Below are positions 8,472 to 18,170 of a stretch of 64,000 nt of DNA, piece after piece; within the stretch, counting starts at the first letter, position 1, and every line of letters starts with the position of its first letter. The stretch is from Patescibacteria group bacterium. GTDB taxonomy: Bacteria; Patescibacteriota; Minisyncoccia; Minisyncoccales; UBA10102. Position numbers and translations under genes: made by a program. Location: contig JANBVJ010000002.1 in assembly GCA_024239055.1 (NCBI GenBank), positions 3,874-67,873 on the forward strand, in the 5' to 3' direction. The notes beneath the pieces are model-generated. The model saw only the letters and a program-made list of their open reading frames with translations. It made no database searches and was not told where the DNA came from.

Positions 8472-9011
8472 TTATGCCTCTATATCCATATCACATGTAA
8501 CTTCACAGTCTGGTTCTGCTTGATCTGCACATGCCTGACACCAGTATTCAGGATTTTGATCATCCATTTTTTTGTTAAACTCATCAGGCATTAGAATTAA
8601 AGTTAGTTCTTGTTCCTTGCTTGCTTCTTCTTCATTCTCATCATAATTTTCCAAGTGGGATTCACTCTGACACATTCCAAACTTTTTTGAAGGATTTTTA
8701 GAGTCATCAAAGTCACAGATGTAATTTTCTCTGTCAAATGCAACCTTCAACATTTTTTTAATTGCTTTGAAACTATTCCTGTTAATGTACATCATATCAA
8801 GACCATCAAGTGCATCTATGTTTGGTTCCATCTCATCAAAGGTTTCATCTAATCCTCTTGTTACTTCCTGTTGGATTCGTTTGAGATATGTATAGGCATA
8901 CAACTTTGGAATAATATCGTATTTTTCAATTGTATCTGCAAGAACATCACTACCTCCTGTTCTTAGAATATCACATGCTTCGGTAATCATTTTTCTAGAA
9001 ATTCCTTCCAT
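8472..9011 (-). CDS. acidic protein with C-terminal Cys cluster
   Basis: 179 aa; ...YWCQACADQAEPDCEVTCD. Confidence 0.45.
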   Translation of the reverse strand: MEGISRKMITEACDILRTGGSDVLADTIEKYDIIPKLYAYTYLKRIQQEVTRGLDETFDEMEPNIDALDGLDMMYINRNSFKAIKKMLKVAFDRENYICDFDDSKNPSKKFGMCQSESHLENYDENEEEASKEQELTLILMPDEFNKKMDDQNPEYWCQACADQAEPDCEVTCDMDIEA

Positions 9012-9241
9012 TATTCCAATCTCTTTTTATTTTGAAAATATCTATCAATTCTTTTTTCATAAATTGCTGTAATCAATCCTATGAATACAATTACAATAGC
9101 AATTAACAATAAAATTGAATCTAAGTTAAAAATAAACCTAATTGCTCCAAGTGAAAATCCAGAAATCATAAGTAGTAACCAAATTCTTGTTGCATAACTT
9201 CTCATATCCAACTGTTTTCTAATGTTATCTTTAGGATTCAT
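9011..9241 (-). CDS. small membrane protein
   Basis: Two hydrophobic helices IWLLLMISGFSLGAIRFIF and ILLLIAIVIVFIGLITAIY. Confidence 0.45.
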   Translation of the reverse strand: MNPKDNIRKQLDMRSYATRIWLLLMISGFSLGAIRFIFNLDSILLLIAIVIVFIGLITAIYEKRIDRYFQNKKRLE

Positions 9242-9423
9242 CGAATTCCATCCCTCTTTACAATTTTTACTACTTGTTCATAGATGAAAATTTTGGGAAT
9301 ATCATCAAGAAGTTTTGCCATGCTTAATTCCCTGTGACACTTTTTGTAAAACTTCCACCAATCTACTATGCACTTGTAACTTCCATCGTACAAAGGAGTA
9401 GGTTCATCAAATTTGTACTTCAT
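9238..9423 (-). CDS. hypothetical protein
   Basis: 61-aa ORF with 4-nt overlaps. Confidence 0.35.
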   Translation of the reverse strand: MKYKFDEPTPLYDGSYKCIVDWWKFYKKCHRELSMAKLLDDIPKIFIYEQVVKIVKRDGIR

Positions 9424-9653
9424 TTCTTTTTCTCCTTTAGTATTTCAATTTCCAGTTCCTTCTTTGCTTCCTCAATAACCTTTTCAATAATTGGATTGAA
9501 GTTCTTAACGCCTAATCCAATTGAACTCACAAGTGTTATTGTTTTGCTGAAACTCCAACTTGATTGAGTTTCTTTGATTAAATTTGCTTGAACCTCTCTT
9601 AATTTTAACAGTATTTTATCATCAATGATTACTGTAATTCTGGTTCCTACCAT
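9420..9653 (-). CDS. ribbon-helix-helix (CopG-like) DNA-binding protein
   Basis: N-terminus MVGTRITVIIDDKILLKLREVQANL fits the RHH beta-strand plus helix pattern. Confidence 0.55.
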   Translation of the reverse strand: MVGTRITVIIDDKILLKLREVQANLIKETQSSWSFSKTITLVSSIGLGVKNFNPIIEKVIEEAKKELEIEILKEKKK

Positions 9654-9969
9654 TTGGGTTTAAACACCTTCCCACAAACTGATCTTAAACACCTGTACTT
9701 TGTATTTTTTTTAGTTGCATCAACTGGAACTGATCTTGATTCGCACTTTGGACAGAAGATCATTTACAATCTCCCTTTGACATGTGTTTTTTTAGATGAA
9801 AAGTACAGAACATTTCCTTGCAATTTTGACAAGATAAATCTCCCACTCTAATACATCCTTCTCTGACACAACTAACGAAACTCATTGATCATCACTACAG
9901 TCTAAAACTCCCTTGCAATCTGGACATCTGTACTCGCAAGCAACAGTTTTTTCCATTACAACATCGCAT

Positions 9970-10395
9970 CTAGGACACCTTATTTCCTTCATTTTTAATC
10001 ACCAAAGAATGGTCTGTATTCCAATCAATAATTTTTAGATTTACTAAAGCATTAATTAACTGACTTACTTCTGGACTACTCATCTTAGTTTTTGCCTTGA
10101 TGAAATCTCTTTGACTCCAATTGTGCATTCCTTCTAATTGAATAATTAATGTTAAAACTTCATCAAGTCTTTCTACATTAATTCTACAAAATGATTCGTA
10201 CCTTCCGTTGATTATTCTTCTTAGGAAAAATTTTACATCCAAGAGAAAACTGCTTAGTTCATGTTTTCTATACATTCTTGATCTATCTGAACCAAAATAT
10301 TTGTAGACCATGAATCCTGCAACAAATAAAAGAACTGCTTCCATTGGATTATTTACTATTGCATCAATGATTTCAAAACTCAAAGGTATAACCAC
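9970..10395 (-). CDS. hypothetical protein with N-terminal hydrophobic helix
   Basis: 141-aa ORF; AVLLFVAGFMVYKYF. Confidence 0.4.
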   Translation of the reverse strand: MVIPLSFEIIDAIVNNPMEAVLLFVAGFMVYKYFGSDRSRMYRKHELSSFLLDVKFFLRRIINGRYESFCRINVERLDEVLTLIIQLEGMHNWSQRDFIKAKTKMSSPEVSQLINALVNLKIIDWNTDHSLVIKNEGNKVS

Positions 10396-10670
10396 CTGAA
10401 AACCATTTCTCTTTCATCTTTTGAAAGTGCTTTCCAATCACAAAGAGTATCTACTTTAAAGTCTGCATTATGAAGAATTACATCTCTGTCTCTAGGATCT
10501 AATTTGTCCCACAACTCCTTAACATGTTCAAGTTTTTTTACTACTTCATTCAATTCTCTTCTAACCTCTTTGCTCCGTAAAATGCTAAACCAATTGCAAC
10601 TACTGTTAATACTACCAATGCACCAATTCCAAATTCAGAAGTGAGTAAATCAAAGAACTCTTTAACTTGA

Positions 10671-10895
10671 TCAAACAAGTCCTAACATCTCCCTGAATTT
10701 TTTTGACATTTCTTTCTGGTCATCTGGAATTTTTTCATCCATACTTTTTGCAAGATAAAATAAAATTCTGGTCTCGTTTATTCCACAGTCAGAGCAAATG
10801 TAGGTCTTTTTATCCTCACTTGAAATAGAATTTGTTTCTATAGGTTCTTTTAATCTGATTCTGCCACATCTTGGACACTCCTTCCCCATTCTCAA
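10671..10895 (-). CDS. zinc-ribbon protein
   Basis: CPRCG...CSDCG; likely true start ATG at 10889, about 25 nt after TATA-like CTTAATTATTT. Confidence 0.5.
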   Translation of the reverse strand: MRMGKECPRCGRIRLKEPIETNSISSEDKKTYICSDCGINETRILFYLAKSMDEKIPDDQKEMSKKFREMLGLV

Positions 10896-10946
10896 AACCT
10901 TACACTCGTAAATAATTAAGTGCTCTGTTGATCGGCTTTCCGTTGC

Positions 10947-10956
10947 GACACGTACA
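10947..10956 (-). promoter_or_regulatory. GACACGTACA motif copy (intergenic, upstream of 10671..10895)
   Basis: Exact 10-mer followed by tctttaattgg; about 30 nt upstream of the TATA-like box on the coding strand. Confidence 0.6.
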
Positions 10957-11117
10957 TCTTTAATTGGAATCGAGATAACACCTGTTACAGATCTGATCCT
11001 TTTTTATCCAAAGTCGTGTGCCACAGATTGAACAGGTTGGTTCCAAGAAAAATTATCCATTTTTAGTTGGATTTGAATCTTTAGTGTAAAAAAAATTGAT
11101 TGATCTCTAAATTGAGA

Positions 11118-11432
11118 TCAATTTTCGTGCTCATAACCATCATCTTCGTTGAGATGCCTTTCAATCATTGATAGAACTTCCTTTTTATCAAGTCTGTCCT
11201 TCTCAAAACTGAAACTAAATACATCGAATTCCTTCCCATCTTGGGAATATTCGTGTACGTAATGGCTATGACCACCAAACCAGATGTAAAATATCATTCT
11301 ATTTTCATCTGGTACTATGACTTCGGGAGAATCAGAAAAAGCATCTACCCAATTAACGGTTTCTTCGTAATTAGGATGCTCTCTAAGTTCTTGCATAGTG
11401 ATGTTTTTTGCTTTAATTCGTAATTTACTCAT
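11118..11432 (-). CDS. hypothetical protein
   Basis: 104-aa ORF. Confidence 0.45.
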   Translation of the reverse strand: MSKLRIKAKNITMQELREHPNYEETVNWVDAFSDSPEVIVPDENRMIFYIWFGGHSHYVHEYSQDGKEFDVFSFSFEKDRLDKKEVLSMIERHLNEDDGYEHEN

Positions 11433-11437
11433 TCATT

Positions 11438-12472
11438 TCACCTCCCTTTTGGTTTTTGTGGTTCGTGATCTGCACAATAAAACTGACCTGCTCCCCAAAT
11501 GTTACTTGTTCTAGTAGACTGACTGTAAGTAATTGGTGTACCACATTTTAAACAAAGTTCTAATCCATCTTTTGCTCTATCTGCAACTGTTCCAAGTTCT
11601 TTCTGTTCTCTTTTATCAAGTTGTTTCTCTCTGTTAATCAGTTGTTGATCCTTCATTGCATGGGCTTTTTGTCTTTTGAATTCATCAAAGACAAGTAAAT
11701 TGTATTCGTTAACACTAAGGTTTGATTTTGAATTGCATGATGGACAACTGCTAAAATGTATTTTCATTTTTGTATCACTGTGTTTTTTTCTAAGTCTGTC
11801 TTTTCTCTTCTGCTCACTCTCATCCTTCTCTTTAACCTGTAAGAGTTTTGCAGTGTTGACTCTGTTGATGTTGTTTCTTCTCTTCTGATCTTTGAAATTC
11901 ACTTCTGTTGCTACTGATTGTGGTGGGTTTGCACCTTGCCAGTAATTGGGATCTGATTGATGTTCAACCCAATACTTTTCTTTTGAGATGATTTGTTGAA
12001 GTTTCTCGTTATCAGTTTCGGTATGTGGTGCTTGCTCTGTTGGTTTTTGTTGTTGAGTTTGTTTTTGTTTTGTTGACTTTGCTTTTTTCTTTAGTTTTTT
12101 TAATCGTTTCTTCTCTCTCTTCTCTTCTGCAACTCTAACTCTTTCAACTCTCTCTACATCTGCAACCTTCCTTCCTCTCTTTGCTTTCCAGATTGCAAGT
12201 ACAACACTTTCCTTTTGTTCAAGCCAGTATTGACAAACTGCTTCTGTTACATTAACTATCTTTGCAATTTCATTAACTGTTAAATTTGGATACTGTTTTT
12301 TCTTTTCAAACATTTTTAAAACTTGATCTTCCGTAGTTGTTTGATAGGTTCTCTTTTGTTTTGGAGGTAGTTCAATTGTTTTTGAAGTGTAGAATACATT
12401 CTTGAATTTTCCAAACCACGAGTTACCTTCTGCCTCCGATTTTACGGACTTGCTTTTAGATCGTATTGACAT
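11438..12472 (-). CDS. HTH, Lys-rich coiled-coil and C-terminal zinc-ribbon protein
   Basis: LTVNEIAKIVNVTEAVCQYWL (HTH-like), long K/E/R-rich middle, CPSC...CLKCG...C; TATA-like TTTATAAATA about 25 nt before the ATG. Confidence 0.55.
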   Translation of the reverse strand: MSIRSKSKSVKSEAEGNSWFGKFKNVFYTSKTIELPPKQKRTYQTTTEDQVLKMFEKKKQYPNLTVNEIAKIVNVTEAVCQYWLEQKESVVLAIWKAKRGRKVADVERVERVRVAEEKREKKRLKKLKKKAKSTKQKQTQQQKPTEQAPHTETDNEKLQQIISKEKYWVEHQSDPNYWQGANPPQSVATEVNFKDQKRRNNINRVNTAKLLQVKEKDESEQKRKDRLRKKHSDTKMKIHFSSCPSCNSKSNLSVNEYNLLVFDEFKRQKAHAMKDQQLINREKQLDKREQKELGTVADRAKDGLELCLKCGTPITYSQSTRTSNIWGAGQFYCADHEPQKPKGR

Positions 12473-12558
12473 AGCATAGGAAATGTTCTCATTATTTATA
12501 AAGTTGTTTGTTTTTAAAACAAAGAAATGTGTGCCTAAATTACCTGTCTTTCCAGTGT

Positions 12559-12568
12559 GATACGTACA
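12559..12568 (-). promoter_or_regulatory. GACACGTACA motif variant (GATACGTACA) in divergent intergenic region
   Basis: ccagtgt|GATACGTACA|tctttgatttg; shares flanks with other copies. Confidence 0.55.
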
Positions 12569-12659
12569 TCTTTGATTTGTTTACATTGTCCGTATTGGAA
12601 CCTGTCTGTTCACATTAAGTGTAATAAGTGTTAAATACTAAATCCATACCTAGAATAAT

Positions 12660-13079
12660 ATGTCACAAACAGTAGAACCCTCAAGGGATGGCATGATGGA
12701 CAAAATTAATGTAGACTTCAAGTTTCAAGCACTCAGACCTTACTTTGATGAGGATGAAGAACCAAGAAACTGTTATGCTGTAACTGTAAGTTACAAAGAC
12801 AAAAGTACAAAATTCACCTATGGTGATTCACTTGCAGACACACATGACAATCTCAAACCAAAGAAACGAGATATTTTAGAAATCATAACGAGTGATTTCT
12901 TCTACACCAAACATAACTATCCAACATTTGGTGACTTTGCAAAAGAAATGGGTTTGAGTGAAGATTCAATCAAAGGACTTGAGACATACAAGAAGTGTCT
13001 TTTACAAGGTAAGAAACTTCACGATGTCTTTACGGAAGATGAAATCTACAATCTTAGTGAGGAATTAGACGATGCATGA
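12660..13079 (+). CDS. hypothetical protein (plus-strand island)
   Basis: 139-aa ORF with ATG start; no competing minus-strand ORF. Confidence 0.5.
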   Translation: MSQTVEPSRDGMMDKINVDFKFQALRPYFDEDEEPRNCYAVTVSYKDKSTKFTYGDSLADTHDNLKPKKRDILEIITSDFFYTKHNYPTFGDFAKEMGLSEDSIKGLETYKKCLLQGKKLHDVFTEDEIYNLSEELDDA

Positions 13080-13356
13080 ATGTCCCCACTGTGGTAGTAA
13101 AACCATAACTTGCAGACATTGTAGTTGGACTTGGAATCCAAGAGATCCAGAAAATCTTCCAGATACATGTCCACGATGCAGAAATAAATGGAGTGTTCCT
13201 TTCAAATGGACTATCAAATCAAAGTACGGACATGGTACACTTGATCCATCATTGAAGCAAGACAAGGAAATGAAAGACTACAGAGAGTACATGGAGAAAA
13301 AAGCCAAATGTCTAGATAAGTTGACTGATGCTGAGAAATATGAAATCAGTGTTTAA
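13072..13356 (+). CDS. zinc-ribbon protein (plus-strand island)
   Basis: CPHCGSKTITCRHC...CPRC; 8-nt overlap with 12660..13079. Confidence 0.5.
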   Translation: MHECPHCGSKTITCRHCSWTWNPRDPENLPDTCPRCRNKWSVPFKWTIKSKYGHGTLDPSLKQDKEMKDYREYMEKKAKCLDKLTDAEKYEISV

Positions 13357-13477
13357 CCCATTTTTTCATTTTATTTTTTATTATCCACCAAGTACGCTTG
13401 TTGACTGCAATACGGAATTTGTGTTTTCTTTTAGAATATCTTAGATAACCAAAGCCATTGCAGTAGGCTTCGTACAT
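13346..13477 (-). CDS. possible small basic protein (43 aa)
   Basis: Trimmed from ORF 13346..13570, whose 5' part reads through a motif copy. MYEAYCNGFGYLRYSKRKHKFRIAVNKRTWWIIKNKMKKWVKH follows an A/T-rich TATA-like box. Confidence 0.3.
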   Translation of the reverse strand: MYEAYCNGFGYLRYSKRKHKFRIAVNKRTWWIIKNKMKKWVKH

Positions 13478-13521
13478 TAGAAGTTGTCTCTTGAATTTTT
13501 TTAATTCTTTGTTTCCAATCA

Positions 13522-13531
13522 GACACGTACA
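13522..13531 (-). promoter_or_regulatory. GACACGTACA motif copy
   Basis: Exact 10-mer followed by cctgtgattcaacg; lies between the plus-strand island and 13710..13982. Confidence 0.55.
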
Positions 13532-13709
13532 CCTGTGATTCAACGAATACGAAAAAAAGACCGTAGCCAAGTTTTCTTTGATTTCTTTCTTTCTCCCATC
13601 GTGTAAAATTTATGATAACAAGAAAAGCAGACCAAACTATCATCCACTAACTGAATTTCCGGTATTCTTCCACAATCATGACACTTGTGAAGTTTCCAGT
13701 TTATTTTGG

Positions 13710-13982
13710 TCATGAATTCAAGTCGTAAATCTCTGATAGTTGGTCTTTGATAATTTCTTGATTCTCGATAATCTTATCAAGTTTTTTTAAATCTCCATCA
13801 AAACAAACCATATACTCTATTTCCGTTCCATTATCATCAACGTAAACATTCAATTCACAACCTCCTGTAGCCCAAATTTGTTCTTCTGACTGTGAATCTG
13901 CAATTTCAGGTATTATTACTAAGCCACTAATCAATGCTAGACCAAGAACTACCATTACTGGAATTAGAATTGAATTATTCAT
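13710..13982 (-). CDS. small secreted or membrane-anchored protein
   Basis: N-terminal hydrophobic helix ILIPVMVVLGLALISGLVIIP. Confidence 0.45.
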   Translation of the reverse strand: MNNSILIPVMVVLGLALISGLVIIPEIADSQSEEQIWATGGCELNVYVDDNGTEIEYMVCFDGDLKKLDKIIENQEIIKDQLSEIYDLNS

Positions 13983-14069
13983 TCTACATCACAACAACCT
14001 GATATATTACAAATGAAATTACTGAAATCGCAGAAATTGTTACTATAAAAAAACACTTGTCGAATCCAC

Positions 14070-14279
14070 TCATTTCTTTGAACACCTCATACAAACATCA
14101 CCTGTGAATTTTGGCATTACCGTTTTGCTATACGCATTTGGTTTTGTCATGTCTACAGATTCTATGTTTCTTATTCCCTTGAATAGTGGAAGTCCCTGTA
14201 GATCCTGTGGTAGATTTTTTTCAAATCCATGAGCAAGGAATAATTCTCCACAATCATCACAGCATAAAATTCCGGTCAT
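14070..14279 (-). CDS. zinc-ribbon protein
   Basis: CCDDCGE...CMRC. Confidence 0.4.
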   Translation of the reverse strand: MTGILCCDDCGELFLAHGFEKNLPQDLQGLPLFKGIRNIESVDMTKPNAYSKTVMPKFTGDVCMRCSKK

Positions 14280-14644
14280 TCTATGATTCTCCTTATTGCA
14301 TCTCTGATTGATTGCTGATAGTTAGTTTCAAGTGATGACCATGCAGGAAATACATGTGTATCTGGATTTATTTTTATTATATGATCCACTCTTGCTTCGT
14401 TTACAAATTTTATTTTCTGGTGTATTGTAGATTTCTCATCCCAAATTTTTTTAAAATCTGGTATGTAGTCTGATAACTTTATTCTCCAATCCTTAATCTC
14501 AAAATCCCCTTTCATTTTTTCTAGGAGTTTTCTTTTTCGTGCCTCTAATTTTGCATCAGTTAACTTTGGCATTTTGATTCTCCTGATTTCTTTTTCTATC
14601 CTCTTCTTTTTCGTTGTAGAACTTGATTGAATCATCTTTTTCAT
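14276..14644 (-). CDS. hypothetical basic protein
   Basis: ORF track start overlaps 14556..14855 by 89 nt; likelier start is ATG at 14572 (MPKLTDAK). Confidence 0.4.
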   Translation of the reverse strand: MKKMIQSSSTTKKKRIEKEIRRIKMPKLTDAKLEARKRKLLEKMKGDFEIKDWRIKLSDYIPDFKKIWDEKSTIHQKIKFVNEARVDHIIKINPDTHVFPAWSSLETNYQQSIRDAIRRIIE

Positions 14645-14855
14645 ACTGAATGAATTGTGTTAATGGCTTGTTTGGATCATGAATCTTTGCATGACATTGG
14701 TAATGAACAAATGCAATTACTTGAGGAAAATATGAAACATGATGTTTGATTAAGTCAACGTTTTGTCCGTTCTCCCATTTTTCAGGTTTGCCAAAACAGA
14801 TTAGGCATTTATCTTTTGAATTAAGATATGTAGTCGGTTCTTCTGAATGCATCAT
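14556..14855 (-). CDS. HNH endonuclease-like protein
   Basis: CLICFG...DLIKHHVSY...VHYQCHAKIHD resembles the HNH Cys/His and H-N-H arrangement. Confidence 0.5.
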   Translation of the reverse strand: MMHSEEPTTYLNSKDKCLICFGKPEKWENGQNVDLIKHHVSYFPQVIAFVHYQCHAKIHDPNKPLTQFIQYEKDDSIKFYNEKEEDRKRNQENQNAKVN

Positions 14856-14857
14856 TG

Positions 14858-15739
14858 TTAATTCCCCTTTAGATATTTTTTTGCAAAGTCCGTAATACCC
14901 ATATCATCAGCACAGTCCATACATAATCCACCAAAGTCGAATCTTGTTGTCTTTCCACAGGAACCACATGGTTCTCCATTTATAATCATCCCTTTGCTTT
15001 GTAGCGTACCATTTTTGATACCTTTTTTGATTTTTTTCTTAACATTTTCGTGATTCTCTTCAAGCCAGCAAGAAATAATTCCTTTAGGTTTTAGTTTCTT
15101 TCTTGCAATTTTTAACACCTTATCTATTTCCAAATATGGTGTAGTAACTGATGCCCAAATATCAATATGGATAAAATCAAATTTTCTGTCTGTATTTTTA
15201 AGAAATTCTATTGCATCTCCGATAATGGTGTTTGTTTTTTTGTTTTTTACAACTGGATAAACCAAATCAAGAACATCTTTTTCTCGTTCAACAATGGTAA
15301 TGCTTTTGACCTCATCTCTTTTACTTGCATAATGAACAAACATTCCAATACCGATTCCACACTCTAAAACATCACCTTTTGAATTGTTAACTGCATTTTT
15401 AGTAGTTTCAAATTCCATTGGAGTGTCACTCATCCAAACTCCATCTTGTACATCGAGGACTCTTCCATCTTGTTCTATTTGATGAAGTTGAACAGTTGAA
15501 AATGGTGTCTTGAATCTACATCTGCACATTCCTGCTTTTGTGTAGTGTTGAAGTATTGTCCCAACTGGTATTGTTAATTTTCTAATCTCAAAGTCCCCAA
15601 CTCTTCTTACTTTATGTAAGTTATACAAGTCGTGAGGATAATCTTTGTATCTTATCGGAATTGCATTTGGATCAAGTCTTACATGAGAAGGAACTTGAAT
15701 TACAGGTATCTGAAAACTATACCCATCATTATTTGTCAT
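14858..15739 (-). CDS. class I SAM-dependent methyltransferase-like protein with C-terminal zinc ribbon
   Basis: VLECGIGIGMF (motif I), IVEREKDV (acidic loop), FDFIHIDIW (motif IV-like); C-terminal CGSCG...CMDC. Confidence 0.6.
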   Translation of the reverse strand: MTNNDGYSFQIPVIQVPSHVRLDPNAIPIRYKDYPHDLYNLHKVRRVGDFEIRKLTIPVGTILQHYTKAGMCRCRFKTPFSTVQLHQIEQDGRVLDVQDGVWMSDTPMEFETTKNAVNNSKGDVLECGIGIGMFVHYASKRDEVKSITIVEREKDVLDLVYPVVKNKKTNTIIGDAIEFLKNTDRKFDFIHIDIWASVTTPYLEIDKVLKIARKKLKPKGIISCWLEENHENVKKKIKKGIKNGTLQSKGMIINGEPCGSCGKTTRFDFGGLCMDCADDMGITDFAKKYLKGN

Positions 15740-16010
15740 TTAACCAACTCCACTCGACTCATTCAAAATCTTCCTTTATTATCATTGATAGTTTTTCTGG
15801 TTTGTTTTGAGAAATTTCTATAGATTGTCTGAGTTCGTTGATAAAAGATTCATCCAATGTTGGATAATCCCCTCTTTTGAATTCAATAGTAATTACAGTC
15901 ATTTTATCTTGCACTCCTTTTGTGGAATCTTATTCAGACAGTTTGTACATGTTACTTTGTCTTTAACTGAATTTGTAATCCAAATATTGCCACAGAATTT
16001 ACACTTTAGT

Positions 16011-16220
16011 TTATTCCCCATTTGTTTTCAACTCCTTTAGTGTTTGGCAGATTAAACATTCTCCTTTCCGTAGAACAAATTCCATTGGAACCATTTCTTT
16101 ATGACAAGTTTTACACTCAGTATCTTTGCCTTTGGTTAGTCTGTCTACCATTCTGTTGAAATGTTTTCTTTCTCTTTTATCCATCGTCATTAGTTTAGCC
16201 CTCCTAGATCTTTGTACCAT
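16011..16220 (-). CDS. zinc-finger protein
   Basis: CKTCHKEMV...CLIC. Confidence 0.4.
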   Translation of the reverse strand: MVQRSRRAKLMTMDKRERKHFNRMVDRLTKGKDTECKTCHKEMVPMEFVLRKGECLICQTLKELKTNGE

Positions 16221-16519
16221 GCTTCGTATTCTTGTGTAAGATCTGGATGTCTTTGAGTTTCAAGAACATAGCCCTGCTTTCCTTTTGTGTATTTGTCGAG
16301 TGGAATGATTTGTGATTTGATTCCAAATTTGTAGAACTCCTTTGCAATTGACTGTAACACATCCTTGCGTTCATGAAATGCAAAGAAGAATGCATCCATG
16401 TTTTCAGAATCAATTCTTTTTGAAATTCTTCTGTTATCAAATGAAAGACCGGATCTATCTCTACTCCATAACATTACGCCTTGAAAGAATGGTTGTTTTC
16501 CTACCTTACTCATCCTCAT
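16190..16519 (-). CDS. hypothetical protein
   Basis: 109-aa ORF; preferred over the same-strand alternative-frame ORF 16204..16440. Confidence 0.4.
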   Translation of the reverse strand: MRMSKVGKQPFFQGVMLWSRDRSGLSFDNRRISKRIDSENMDAFFFAFHERKDVLQSIAKEFYKFGIKSQIIPLDKYTKGKQGYVLETQRHPDLTQEYEAWYKDLGGLN

Positions 16520-16742
16520 TCACCTTGAAGTCCTTAACTTTTAGATCTTCATTCATATATAGTCGTTGAAAATCTTCTGATGTTTTTTCACTACGCTTCT
16601 TAATCTCATCAATGTGTTTCTTCCTTTCAACATCTACTTTCTTTTTTTCTTGAAAATAATCTGCGATCCAACCGTTTACAACGTCTTGAGTGTACACGTA
16701 CACCTTTGATTGATCCTTTGGCAGAGGTTTTCGTTTGATCAT
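16506..16742 (-). CDS. hypothetical Lys-rich protein
   Basis: 78-aa ORF; contains a motif variant near its 5' end. Confidence 0.4.
   Translation of the reverse strand: MIKRKPLPKDQSKVYVYTQDVVNGWIADYFQEKKKVDVERKKHIDEIKKRSEKTSEDFQRLYMNEDLKVKDFKVNEDE
16693..16702 (-). promoter_or_regulatory. GACACGTACA motif variant (TACACGTACA), intragenic
   Basis: TACACGTACA followed by cctttgattgatcc; the conserved downstream flank supports a true copy. Confidence 0.4.
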
Positions 16743-16925
16743 TTAGTAATCTTCTCCTTTGATCCAGTATTTGTCTTGGTAACATTCAGTACAAAGATTA
16801 TCTGTATTAGGATTATAACCACGAATTGTTTTTCCAGTCTCATCACTTCTTTGTGGAGGTTGTGGTTCATCTGGTAAATGTTCTGGATCTGCTTTTCCAC
16901 CACAAACATCACATTCTTTTTTCAT
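16743..16925 (-). CDS. zinc-ribbon protein
   Basis: CDVCGG...CTEC. Confidence 0.45.
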   Translation of the reverse strand: MKKECDVCGGKADPEHLPDEPQPPQRSDETGKTIRGYNPNTDNLCTECYQDKYWIKGEDY

Positions 16926-17131
16926 TAGATAGATCTCCCTGCAAAGTAATCTTCTGCTTTTGATACTGCTTGCTTCAATTCTTGTAATACCTGTTTGGTA
17001 ACTGATTGTTCAATTCTGATTGTTGCACAGAGAACTCTAAGTTGAAAGTCTCCTTCGTCATCCTTCCATAATTGAACATATTCTCCATTGAAGATGTCTG
17101 ATATGTCACTCATTTTAGATTCTCCTTCCAA
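16925..17131 (-). CDS. hypothetical protein
   Basis: 68-aa ORF, 1-nt overlap downstream. Confidence 0.4.
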   Translation of the reverse strand: MEGESKMSDISDIFNGEYVQLWKDDEGDFQLRVLCATIRIEQSVTKQVLQELKQAVSKAEDYFAGRSI

Positions 17132-17355
17132 GTGTAATACATTCCTGTACGATCTGAAAAGTAACCGTTCCTTGTTGTACCATAACCTTTAGGTGCTCTT
17201 TTTGTTACTTGATAATCTTCAACCAACTTGACTCACCTTTCCACATTTTGGACAATGGTAATGATGTTTTGCAATTCCACAACTACATGCATTGTCGGGC
17301 ATGTAGATTGTTTCTGCTGTTAAGTCGTGTTTGTCACACCAATCTGCTTGTAGTT

Positions 17356-17802
17356 CTAGAGGCATTTGGTAAAACCTCCATTTGATTTCTTTATTACTTG
17401 GTCTTTTTGCAAAACTTTTAATCCTGTTCTAATCTGTTTGTCTGTTGCATCGGTTTGTAACCAATCAATTTTTTTCTTTATTGCGTTAAACTTTATGTCT
17501 GGATTTTCTTCAATAATATCTTCTACAGAAGTTGTTACCCAATGATAATAGAATGACTTGTCTGGTCTTACTCTTTCAGCACTAACAACTCTTCTTAACC
17601 AAGTTTGGAAAAATGTAACATCTTGATTATTCTTTTGTCCATCTTCTATTGCATTATAGAACATATCCATCATTTGTTCATAATTACCATTGGTTCTTTT
17701 TGCATCCTTGAATCTACTTTCTAGTGCTTTGTTTTCATCCCCACCATAAACAAATAATGCTTCAACAGAAGGATCAATCGATGATGGTGTTTTTAGAGGC
17801 AT
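17356..17802 (-). CDS. hypothetical protein
   Basis: 148-aa ORF. Confidence 0.45.
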   Translation of the reverse strand: MPLKTPSSIDPSVEALFVYGGDENKALESRFKDAKRTNGNYEQMMDMFYNAIEDGQKNNQDVTFFQTWLRRVVSAERVRPDKSFYYHWVTTSVEDIIEENPDIKFNAIKKKIDWLQTDATDKQIRTGLKVLQKDQVIKKSNGGFTKCL

Positions 17803-18170
17803 TATTTTACCAACCTCTTGTTAACAAGTTCTTTACTACATCGCAAACACATAGTTCCCATTATTTCCCCTCCAAGTCTGTATCCGTATGAAGGTGAATT
17901 AGATATTATAGGACTTGATCTCCAACTACGTTCTTCTTTCACATCAAAACCACAAAGAGAATACTTTTTGTTTCCGAAAACAATATGCATTCTTCTTACA
18001 TTATCTGTATCACCAGTTTTGTGTAGTGAAAAGAATTTCATTTTTAGATCAACTACAAACTTTCTTGGTTTGTATGAATCTGTTTTTCTATCGAAATAAC
18101 ATAGACATTCTGTATCTATTCTACCTGCATCGAATGCAGTATCCTGTGGAAATATTGTTAGTTTACTCAT
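17802..18170 (-). CDS. hypothetical protein
   Basis: 122-aa ORF; C-terminal CLRC. Confidence 0.45.
   Translation of the reverse strand: MSKLTIFPQDTAFDAGRIDTECLCYFDRKTDSYKPRKFVVDLKMKFFSLHKTGDTDNVRRMHIVFGNKKYSLCGFDVKEERSWRSSPIISNSPSYGYRLGGEIMGTMCLRCSKELVNKRLVK

Noticed and set aside
11250-11262. Partial reverse-orientation matches to the motif (gtgtacgtaa at about 11254, gtgtacgtttc at about 30522, tgtacgatct at about 17146, atcacgtaca at about 45789)
   Set aside because: They have two or more mismatches, lack the conserved flanks, and mostly lie deep inside coding regions. Treated as chance.
16204-16440. Same-strand alternative-frame ORFs nested in longer genes (16204..16440, 36927..37133, 39853..40062, 46956..47138, 2646..2849)
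   Set aside because: They are shorter than and fully contained in, or overlapping, a better-supported frame. No independent start context or motifs.
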